Of a stretch of DNA of 64,000 nucleotides, positions 40,276 to 47,986 are shown piece by piece; within the stretch, counting starts at the first letter, position 1; each line of letters begins with the position of its first letter. The DNA lies in contig CAYPFW010000001.1 of the NCBI GenBank assembly GCA_964410585.1, forward strand, positions 224,001-288,000, read 5' to 3'. Both the position numbers and the translations under genes were made by a program. This DNA comes from an uncultured archaeon (GTDB taxonomy: Archaea > Aenigmatarchaeota > Aenigmatarchaeia > QMZP01 > JACQNV01). The notes under the pieces were generated by a model. The model saw nothing but the letters and a program-made list of their open reading frames with translations. It did not search any database and was not told the origin of the DNA.

Positions 40276-40995
40276 TTATTCTCCCGCCACTTTTCTAAAT
40301 TTAGGTGGATCATCAAGGTATGGACAAACATCTTTTGGGTGGACACCTATTACTCGGGTTTTAATAAGATACCAGCTTGTATAAGCAGGACATCCTGTGT
40401 CTTTCAAATCTTCCCAACTGACAAATTTGAAAGGAAACCATCTATCTTTCCTTCTCTTATCTGCTATCATTGCCGTTCTACACCTGCTTTTTGTCGAATC
40501 GTCTTGAAGCGTTCTGATTTCTAATACATTAGCTGGGCCGCCGCTTCTAAATGTACAATTACCTAATGTTTGATATTGTAGATGTGACTGTGGTGCGCTA
40601 TCAGCTGGTTTTGATGACTGCTGGCCTTTTACAAACTCAAGATCTTTTGATAAATCTGCAAGCTTTCTCTGCATATCAGACATTTGTCCATCGTATTGTC
40701 CAGATCTTTCTCGCATTGCATCCTTAAGACCAGAAAATTCTTGCCTTAAACCTTCAATGGAAGCATATAATCTTTCTTCAAACGCCCTTTGTCTAGCTTC
40801 TCTTTTTGCTTCTGCTACTGCATCTTCTCTTGATCGGCAATACTCAATAACAACATCAACACGAACGTAAACATTAACTCTTTCGTCTTCAACATCTAAT
40901 CCAGCACCTCTCATTTCAGATGTTAAATCAGCAGGCAATCTATTAATCCACTCCCTTGCTTCGCCTTCAGACTTTATTTCACGATAGTTTACCAT
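40276..40995 (-). CDS. Hypothetical coiled-coil protein with Cys-containing C-terminal domain
   Basis: Heptad-rich middle region; first gene of the four-gene operon. Confidence 0.72.
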   Translation of the reverse strand: MVNYREIKSEGEAREWINRLPADLTSEMRGAGLDVEDERVNVYVRVDVVIEYCRSREDAVAEAKREARQRAFEERLYASIEGLRQEFSGLKDAMRERSGQYDGQMSDMQRKLADLSKDLEFVKGQQSSKPADSAPQSHLQYQTLGNCTFRSGGPANVLEIRTLQDDSTKSRCRTAMIADKRRKDRWFPFKFVSWEDLKDTGCPAYTSWYLIKTRVIGVHPKDVCPYLDDPPKFRKVAGE

Positions 40996-41084
40996 AGAAA
41001 CAATAAACTATTTATCTTCAAGATTTATAAGAACAATTGGTATCCTAAACATAAGGTTTGTTAAGTCTCTTTTTTTTTGCCATG

Positions 41085-41437
41085 TTCGATAGAAAATATC
41101 GAATTTTGTATCTTTTTTAGAATCTGCTTTACTAAAACAAGTAAATATTCAAACATATACTCTAAAATATGTTTTCTAGATTTTATGCTTTGTTGAAAAC
41201 CAATATATAGAAGACCAAATTCTTGTGAAATTCTCTATTCAAGAGAATCAAACTAATTTATTTTAGAAAATATATTGAAACAAGTATAATAGAAAATATT
41301 TAATTTGATAGTTCTTTTTTAATATATATTATATAGAATATATCATCTAAAAATTTGTCAGACATTTCCAAAACACTAAAAATAAATTCACTCCAAGTAG
41401 ATTCTGAATAGAATAGACAATTGAACATAGAAAATTT
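41085..41437. repeat. AT-rich intergenic region with repeated TAGAAAATAT
   Basis: Exact copies at 41090, 41264 and 41290; variants at 41428 and inverted at 41169. Confidence 0.45.
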
Positions 41438-41456
41438 CAGAACATTTACTGGGTAA

Positions 41457-41735
41457 TTAAAGAGAACAAGAATATTTACCTATTAATTCGCTTGGACAAT
41501 CTCCTCTTCTAAGAACATCAAGCAATTCATCCATCTCACTTTGTTCAAGCACGTATCCTGGAGAAATATTACGCAATTCTGTGCCTATTTGCACGATTAC
41601 ACTATAACATCTTATCGGAAAACCACTTTCGTTTTTTGCGAAATAAACACTTGCTCTCACTCTTCTTCCACAAATATTACTTGAAAAAGGACCTGCTTCA
41701 GCGAAAAAATCTTCTCGACTAAATCTCCTTACCAT
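41457..41735 (-). CDS. Hypothetical protein
   Basis: ORF downstream of the wHTH gene; ATG 41735 preferred over TTG 41783. Confidence 0.55.
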   Translation of the reverse strand: MVRRFSREDFFAEAGPFSSNICGRRVRASVYFAKNESGFPIRCYSVIVQIGTELRNISPGYVLEQSEMDELLDVLRRGDCPSELIGKYSCSL

Positions 41736-41760
41736 CCCAGAATTTGGGGAAGCTCTTTTA

Positions 41761-42255
41761 TTAAGTTTTAGCCTGTCTTGCAATCTCAGCAGCTATTTGA
41801 TCATCGAAGTCCTTGGCTATTCTTTTTGTGCGCCGCACATGTGCATTAATTTGTGACTGGGCTCTGTCGACTAGTTGGTTAATCGTCGGAGAGGCAAGGG
41901 AATAGCCTTTCATAAATTGGTCTGGAGTATCTCTGACTGGGATTTTGATAAACTCTAGAAGCCCCAAAGTCCGCCATTTGCGGATTTCCTCGTATGATTG
42001 GGAAACAGAGACTTCGAGGATTTTGGCTATTGTTTCGATTGTCAAGGGTGTATTTGTTTTTCTAGAATGCAAAAGGAACTTCAAAAGCGCAGCATGATTT
42101 GCTCGACTTTGCTTTCTTTGGAGACCTAGCCTTTGCACAATTACCTCAGCCATGTCGTCTATTGAAAGAGAGAGCTTGTAGTCTGGAGGATTGACCTCTT
42201 TTAAGACGATGTCTGCCAACTTTTTATACATATAGAGAACCAATGTCTCTCTCAA
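41761..42255 (-). CDS. Winged-helix DNA-binding protein
   Basis: PLTIETIAKILEVSVSQSYEEIRKWRTLGLLE followed by a helical tail; start codon uncertain. Confidence 0.75.
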   Translation of the reverse strand: MRETLVLYMYKKLADIVLKEVNPPDYKLSLSIDDMAEVIVQRLGLQRKQSRANHAALLKFLLHSRKTNTPLTIETIAKILEVSVSQSYEEIRKWRTLGLLEFIKIPVRDTPDQFMKGYSLASPTINQLVDRAQSQINAHVRRTKRIAKDFDDQIAAEIARQAKT

Positions 42256-42725
42256 CCTCCTTTCCTTTCATCATATTTCCTCCTGATGTTTACCCATATA
42301 GGAACAGCAAAAAGCATAGTAAGTATTATCATCGGCACATAGAATACAGGCTCATTAAACCTGTTCAAAGAGAAAGGTATCAATATTAAAACAAGTGCAA
42401 TGTAAATGACTATCCACAATAATATTTCATATAGAGGGTTTCCTTTAAGTTTCTTTCTATTAGAAGAATACCTTCCTATAACCCCTGCTAAAAACAGGAA
42501 AACAATGGCCAGTAAGAACATTGAAACACTTGGATATTTGGATACATAATCATATATCCTGGGAGCTGATTTGTATATAATCCCCAATATAAGGATTATA
42601 AAAATTGCCAACATAAGGTTTGGTCTACGGGTTTTCCAACTTTTATACAAGGAAAATTTTCGCATTAAATTTCCCCGTTTTTTATAGAAAGAGGCCTCTT
42701 TTTTTGATAAACCTTTTTTTTTCAT
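42252..42725 (-). CDS. Hypothetical 4-TM membrane protein
   Basis: Four hydrophobic helices and a basic N-terminus. Confidence 0.7.
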   Translation of the reverse strand: MKKKGLSKKEASFYKKRGNLMRKFSLYKSWKTRRPNLMLAIFIILILGIIYKSAPRIYDYVSKYPSVSMFLLAIVFLFLAGVIGRYSSNRKKLKGNPLYEILLWIVIYIALVLILIPFSLNRFNEPVFYVPMIILTMLFAVPIWVNIRRKYDERKGG

Positions 42726-42731
42726 ATAATC

Positions 42732-43784
42732 TCACACTATTGAAGTTTTCAAAAACTCCACAAGATCGGGTTGTATATAATTGTTTACTGTTACTGCTAT
42801 ATGCTCTTTCCAAATGTTTTCTTTTTTCACAAATTTTTTATGACCCAAATCAGAAGCAATTGAAAGAAAAAGAGAATTCACTTGCTCTTTTGTTGGTTTT
42901 TTTGTCCTTTTTATAAAATCCTTGACTTGAGAAGTTGCGTAGTGAGACCTTACTATATGTGGATAGAACTCTTTTCCACAATACTTTTTGAAGGCTTTTT
43001 TGAAATGAGACTCTTTCATCGGATGACCATTTTCGCCGACAAAAACAAAAGAGTCTCTGTTGAGCGGTTTTAGTAGGGAATTCAGCCTTTTAGCATAAAC
43101 TTCAGGAAATTGTTTTGTCGTTTTTATTGGGACCCCATCTTTCCCTATAAAATCAAAAGTGACATTGTTCCCATTTATTGAAATGTCTTTTTTCTTGAGA
43201 GTTGTCAAGCCTTTGTGACCATGTGCCTTATAGTAAATTTCATTTCCAACTCTTATGTGTGTTTGGAGGAGAGTATACATTGGCAAAGCAAATCTGTCTT
43301 TCTCATCTTTAAGTGCTTTTTCGACTCTTTTTTTCAACCTTGGATATTCCTTTTCAAACTCCTCAACTTTTTTGTATTTTTTGTCTTTGTTTGCTTTTCT
43401 TTTTTCTAAAGTGTATACATAGGAAAATGTACCGCCTTTGTTTTGATATAGGACATCCCAGTGATCGTGTGTTTGCTGATCGTGGATTGTCAAGTGAGGG
43501 GCAAAAAGGGAGAAAGCCTTGTCTAAAACACTTCCGTCAGGGAGTATGTTTATTCTAGCCCCTTGAGGAAGACCTTCTGGGGAAAGTTGGCCCTTTAGAA
43601 AGAAGGAATCTTTTTTGTCTACTAAATCCTTAAACCTGCCATTTTTTTGGAAGAGATGAATTACAATCATCGCTTCTGGGAGGGGTTTATTTGATCCTTT
43701 CCATCCTGTTAGTGTTTTTTCTACAACTGACATATCTTTCCTTATTCTGATTGTGCCAACTGGTATTGGTTTTTCTTTTTTCAT
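42732..43784 (-). CDS. DNA topoisomerase IB-like protein (short bacterial/poxviral-type catalytic core)
   Basis: IRVGNE.Y, GLTTLK, FDFIGKDG, HIVRS, LGH and NYIQP together match the R-K-R-H-Y catalytic set. Confidence 0.8.
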   Translation of the reverse strand: MKKEKPIPVGTIRIRKDMSVVEKTLTGWKGSNKPLPEAMIVIHLFQKNGRFKDLVDKKDSFFLKGQLSPEGLPQGARINILPDGSVLDKAFSLFAPHLTIHDQQTHDHWDVLYQNKGGTFSYVYTLEKRKANKDKKYKKVEEFEKEYPRLKKRVEKALKDEKDRFALPMYTLLQTHIRVGNEIYYKAHGHKGLTTLKKKDISINGNNVTFDFIGKDGVPIKTTKQFPEVYAKRLNSLLKPLNRDSFVFVGENGHPMKESHFKKAFKKYCGKEFYPHIVRSHYATSQVKDFIKRTKKPTKEQVNSLFLSIASDLGHKKFVKKENIWKEHIAVTVNNYIQPDLVEFLKTSIV

Positions 43785-43808
43785 CTAAAACCCTTCTTAC
43801 AATTGAGT

Positions 43809-43982
43809 TTAACAGTCAAATTTTTCACCACATTTTACGCATTCTATTTCTACTGGCCCTCTGCGTAAACCAAAAATATAATTAATTTCTTTTTTCTTTG
43901 CTCTCTTCTCCAATTCTTCATTTCGAAAGCACCCTGAATCTATTACTGGTATTTTACACTTTGGACAATTTTTGTTTTTCAT
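43809..43982 (-). CDS. Small 57-aa Zn-ribbon protein (not in the ORF track)
   Basis: MKNKNCPKCKIPVIDSG...IECVKCGEKFDC*; starts directly after the upstream stop and resembles the C-terminal half of 43983-44321. Confidence 0.7.
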   Translation of the reverse strand: MKNKNCPKCKIPVIDSGCFRNEELEKRAKKKEINYIFGLRRGPVEIECVKCGEKFDC

Positions 43983-44321
43983 CTAAAACTCCTTTTCACA
44001 GCTTTTACAGTGCCATTTTGGGTAGTACTCTACAACTTTACAACCCCCAAATTCCACTTTTCCTTCTTTTTTTAGTAATTCGGCTTCTTTTGAAGGCAAA
44101 CCATATAGTATTGGAATCACATCAAAGGATTCGCACTTTGGACACTTTTCATGTGGCTCATAATAGCCTTCTTTTCCAACAGGTGTTCTAAACTCCTTAA
44201 AACACCTCCAACACATCCACCAATTGTAGTTATAAAAATCTTCTTTGAAAGTATTTTTTGGTACGTTGTCTGTTTTTACTTTATCTGTCTTTTTACATTC
44301 AGGGCAAGCCTCTTTTTTCAT
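43983..44321 (-). CDS. Double Zn-ribbon protein
   Basis: CPEC..CWRC and CPKC..ILYGLP..GGC..WHCKSC. Confidence 0.75.
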   Translation of the reverse strand: MKKEACPECKKTDKVKTDNVPKNTFKEDFYNYNWWMCWRCFKEFRTPVGKEGYYEPHEKCPKCESFDVIPILYGLPSKEAELLKKEGKVEFGGCKVVEYYPKWHCKSCEKEF

Positions 44322-44629
44322 CAGACAAACTCGCCCTCCTTTATGCGTTTTTCCAATTGAGCCAAAACCTTTTCATATTCTTTTTCCAAGTCGACTTTGT
44401 AGTGTTCAGAAAGCATGTAAAAATCAAATAAAATATCACAAAGGGAATCGACTAAATCTGCTTTTTGGCGCCCTTTGTTTTTGAAGCCTTCTTTGACTAG
44501 AACTGCATTTGAGAGCTCGCCTACTTCTTCTGCGAGGTCAACAACCATTGCTTCTGGTGTCCATTTTCTAAGTCTCACCTTTTCAAACTGCTTCAAAAGT
44601 TCCTTTGTTTTTAGTTGCATTTTGTCCAT
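44321..44629 (-). CDS. MazG-like nucleotide pyrophosphohydrolase
   Basis: LAEEVGELSNAV...LCDILF...VDLE. Confidence 0.85.
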   Translation of the reverse strand: MDKMQLKTKELLKQFEKVRLRKWTPEAMVVDLAEEVGELSNAVLVKEGFKNKGRQKADLVDSLCDILFDFYMLSEHYKVDLEKEYEKVLAQLEKRIKEGEFV

Positions 44630-44632
44630 ATT

Positions 44633-44779
44633 TTAGTGGTTCCCCAACATCCCGTTTTGCTCCAAAAGATAAATATAAAAGATGTGTTCCTTAGCTAATC
44701 TTGATGTTTTTAGCCTGTATTTTTTGAGCTGTTTTTCGTCCAAAAAGTCCATTTCAGAATTCGATTGTAGTAAGAGCAT
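44633..44779 (-). CDS. Possible 48-aa peptide
   Basis: GGAGG SD upstream of the ATG; stop lies 3 nt before the mazG start. Confidence 0.35.
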   Translation of the reverse strand: MLLLQSNSEMDFLDEKQLKKYRLKTSRLAKEHIFYIYLLEQNGMLGNH

Positions 44780-44968
44780 AGTTTGCCTCCTTCCAATAGT
44801 CGATGGTGAATAAGGGTGATTCCCCAAAACACCCCTTTGCCCAGACAATATTCTATTATTCGAGGTAGTATATATAATTATTGGTTTTAGTTGGAGTGGA
44901 CAGATATTCTAGGAGTTTGAGATGAAAATTGGAAAAATAGTTTCAGAATTAATGGAGAGTGGAGGAAA

Positions 44969-45187
44969 TTAGACTAAAATATATCTTAAAGAACCCACTG
45001 TTATGTCTGTGGAACTTGTTGCACGGATTCTCACAGAACAGTTTGGATCATCGACATAGATTCCTATATCATCTCTAGACAATTTGCCAGTTGCTCCAAA
45101 GCGTAAAGAGTAATCGAAAATGCAAGCCTCTCTTCCTACAAACTGATCCAACTTATCAATAGATATTTGAATAGGGTTTGTGGTCAT
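44969..45187 (-). CDS. Small hypothetical beta-barrel protein
   Basis: 72 aa; similar to part of 45220-45564 (GKL..D..G.YV). Confidence 0.6.
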   Translation of the reverse strand: MTTNPIQISIDKLDQFVGREACIFDYSLRFGATGKLSRDDIGIYVDDPNCSVRIRATSSTDITVGSLRYILV

Positions 45188-45219
45188 ATGTTTTCACTTT
45201 AACTTATTTTGGGGCTCGG

Positions 45220-45564
45220 TTAACTTGTTCCTGCTCTCAGTCCCCACATACCTTCGTTTATGATGTCCATTAATGCAAAACTAACCTTATATCTTCGCAT
45301 TGATGTTCGGCACGATGGATGACTCACAGGCAATTTTATTTCATCGGCTTCTCTGATTATTTTTCTACATTTACCATCTAGTGCCCCCTCAACATAATAG
45401 CCCCGCCTTTCATCATAGGCTAGCTTGCCAACATGTCTAGGGTTATCCACATAAACAATGGATTCTCCAAGATTTCTTTTTAAGCCCTCTGCTCCTATTC
45501 TCGCACGCATTTTTGGTTTGGAATCGTCTAATATGAAAGGTGTTACATGATATTCTTCTGGCAT
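45220..45564 (-). CDS. Small hypothetical protein
   Basis: GGAGTGA SD; 114 aa. Confidence 0.65.
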   Translation of the reverse strand: MPEEYHVTPFILDDSKPKMRARIGAEGLKRNLGESIVYVDNPRHVGKLAYDERRGYYVEGALDGKCRKIIREADEIKLPVSHPSCRTSMRRYKVSFALMDIINEGMWGLRAGTS

Positions 45565-45601
45565 ATTTCACTCCAACTTTTACTTGTAGTAGATTGATTC
45601 C

Positions 45602-45931
45602 CTAAGAAGGCTGAGTTTCCTTTCCAGCTTTCTTTTTTTGCTTTTCTAAATTGTCCTCAAGTTGCTGGAATTTTTTCATGATTGCTTCGAGGTTGTGGGC
45701 GACGTCCCAACCATCGTCTGTAAGTCTCACTTTTTTGATCCTACCTGTTTTTTCGAACTCAACAAGACCCAATTTTTTCAAAGTATTGAGGATTTTTATT
45801 GTATGAGAATAGGTGCAGTCTGCTTCTTTTGAAAGAATTGTCGCGTAAATGGCTTCTTCTTTTCGCGTTTTTAGGCCTAAGAAAATCTTCGCCGGCTTTT
45901 CTCTCAAAAACAATTCGTCCAATAATGTCAT
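45602..45931 (-). CDS. Archaeal MarR-like winged-helix protein
   Basis: LFLREKP...YATILSKEADCTYSHTIKILNTLKKLGLVEFEKTGRIKKVRLT..G; GGGAGG SD. Confidence 0.85.
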   Translation of the reverse strand: MTLLDELFLREKPAKIFLGLKTRKEEAIYATILSKEADCTYSHTIKILNTLKKLGLVEFEKTGRIKKVRLTDDGWDVAHNLEAIMKKFQQLEDNLEKQKKKAGKETQPS

Positions 45932-45978
45932 TTTGAGCCTCCCTATCTCGATTAAGAATTTACTTGTAGTAGAGTGTC

Positions 45979-46570
45979 AACTCTCACTTTCTGTAAAACT
46001 ATTGGTTCGTTGGTTTAAATACTTTATTGTATGTTTCTTGATAGGTACTTTCTATTATATGTTTTTAATTATATTTGTTTATTTAGTCATATTAGATAAT
46101 AGCTTATCTATTATATTTTTTATAATATATTTGTTTTAATATATATTCTTTAGAATATAATAATTTTAAAATTTTTGAAAGTGAGGGTTCTATGTGTATA
46201 TAACAGTGTTATATATATGACCAATAGGTTTGGGGTGAAAAGTGAGAGTAAAAGGGAGAGTAAATTTGAGCATTTCAAATGACAAAAAGTAGCACCGATA
46301 ATCCCCACGATAAAAGTGAGTATATTTTTCAAAGGTGAGAGTTAAAACAAATAAAGACGATCTAGATACTAAACAAAACCAACAATATATATGAAAGGGA
46401 ATATTAGTTTGAAGTGAGAATTGTATTTAAACTTGATCGCAAAACTAGAATGTCGGTTTTTAAGGTCTTGAAAGTATACAGAGGAAAAGTGGAGTTTAGC
46501 AAAAATAGTTAGGAAATTGAACCAGTATACAATAAATGTACATAGATTCCCTCCCTAAAGTGAGGGAACA
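45979..46570. other. Candidate replication origin / iteron-like array (AAAGTGAGRG repeats around an AT-rich tract)
   Basis: About 8 same-strand copies right of a very AT-rich tract (~46015-46175), one inverted copy at 45981-45991, and a gene strand switch. Confidence 0.45.
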
Positions 46571-46646
46571 GTTAGTATGCACTCATCCTTAATGCGATAC
46601 AAAAATTAAAATCAACAAATACCTATTATTAAAAACAAATAATAGT

Positions 46647-47810
46647 ATGCAAAGCCACCAAATTTTTCTCTTGCACCAATTAAGACATCTTAAAAACGAA
46701 CTAAGCGAAATCTATCTCAATCAAATAATAAGAAAGATAGCTATATCTCTTATAGGCATATTTGTCCCTGTATATCTATTCTCTCTTGGTTTTCCAATTC
46801 AGGTTTCGTTGATTTTCATGTTTTTTGAATATCTTGGAATAGGTCTTTTTTCACCACTCGCAGGATATCTATCATCGAAATTTGGTATAAAGCATGTCAT
46901 AGGCGCAAGCAGCTTACTTTACCTAATATATTTCTATGGGCTCGCATTGGTTGATGTGTCCACATCACTTTATTCAATTTATGGTCTCTCACTATTTTTT
47001 GGTTTCGCAAATAGTCTTTATTGGATAGGCATTCACAGCGATTTTGTTAAACATTCAAACAAGCTTCATGAAGGGTCTGATAGCGGAAAGCTAATAGGTC
47101 TACCTGAAATTGCAGGTGTGATAGCCCCCTTCATAGGTGGGTTTGTTTTAGCGTACCTAGGCTATTTATCCCTTTCGGTAATAGTTATTTTTTTAACTAT
47201 ACTTTCAATAGTTCCACTGTTTTTTACGCCAGATTCCAAAAAACCATTCAAAATGAAAATAAGCAATTTAAAAATTTTTGCTGAAAAGAGTTTATGTCCC
47301 ACATACTTTCTCTGGGGAGCTGCACATGTTTTTCTAGCTGTTTTTTGGCCACTATTCATTTTTTTCTCAATAAGAGACTTCACTCAGTTAGGTATAACAA
47401 CAACAATAGCAGGTGCAGGCTCTGCTTTCCTAATACTTTTTATTGGAAATTTATCTGATAGATACAATAGATCAAAAATTATAAAGATGGGCGCTCTTCT
47501 ATCTGCTTTAGTTTGGTTCCATAGAATTTTTATAACAAATGTATACGAAATTGCTATAAGTTCCTTTTTAACAGGCTTACTTTTTATTTTGATAAATGTG
47601 CCCCTATATGCCAATTTTTGTGATTTTTCAAAGAAGGGTAACATTGTAGGGGGAGTTATTTTTAGAGAACTATGGTTCACGATAGGCAGACTTTTGGTTC
47701 TAAGCGTTCTGCTTATATTTTCCCTTTTTTCACCCGAAGCTTTTTTTGATATGGGGTTTGTTTTTGCAGGCATTCTTTCTCTCATGTTTTTAGCCTTTAG
47801 AACAAAGTAA
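46647..47810 (+). CDS. MFS transporter
   Basis: About 12 TM helices; GYLSSKFGIK and GNLSDRYNRSK motif-A-like loops. Confidence 0.88.
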   Translation: MQSHQIFLLHQLRHLKNELSEIYLNQIIRKIAISLIGIFVPVYLFSLGFPIQVSLIFMFFEYLGIGLFSPLAGYLSSKFGIKHVIGASSLLYLIYFYGLALVDVSTSLYSIYGLSLFFGFANSLYWIGIHSDFVKHSNKLHEGSDSGKLIGLPEIAGVIAPFIGGFVLAYLGYLSLSVIVIFLTILSIVPLFFTPDSKKPFKMKISNLKIFAEKSLCPTYFLWGAAHVFLAVFWPLFIFFSIRDFTQLGITTTIAGAGSAFLILFIGNLSDRYNRSKIIKMGALLSALVWFHRIFITNVYEIAISSFLTGLLFILINVPLYANFCDFSKKGNIVGGVIFRELWFTIGRLLVLSVLLIFSLFSPEAFFDMGFVFAGILSLMFLAFRTK

Positions 47811-47986
47811 AACAAGGGAAACTTTTATATTCGAAATTAGCCTCTTCTTTTCATTAGCTATCCTTTTCTTTAGAAAAGAAAAGTATACCGTACACAAAAG
47901 AAACTAATATACACTTGAATTAATCTGTTTCAATACTAGTTTTGTTTGGTATACTTACTATCTTTTTCTAAAGAGAAGGGGGAAAT

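Noticed and set aside
44700-44800. c-di-GMP-I riboswitch-like words (GGCAAAC, GCTAA) on the minus strand
   Set aside because: Spacing and paired stems do not fit the aptamer.
41457-45931. Provirus or integrated element around the TopIB-like gene
   Set aside because: No capsid, terminase, primase, clear integrase or tRNA att site is visible.
45849-46332. ORFs 45849-46139 (+) and 46150-46332 (-)
   Set aside because: Low-complexity translations of the AT-rich repeat region; no SD or motifs.
47811-47986. glmS ribozyme upstream of glmS
   Set aside because: The leader is AT-rich and lacks the conserved ribozyme core sequence.
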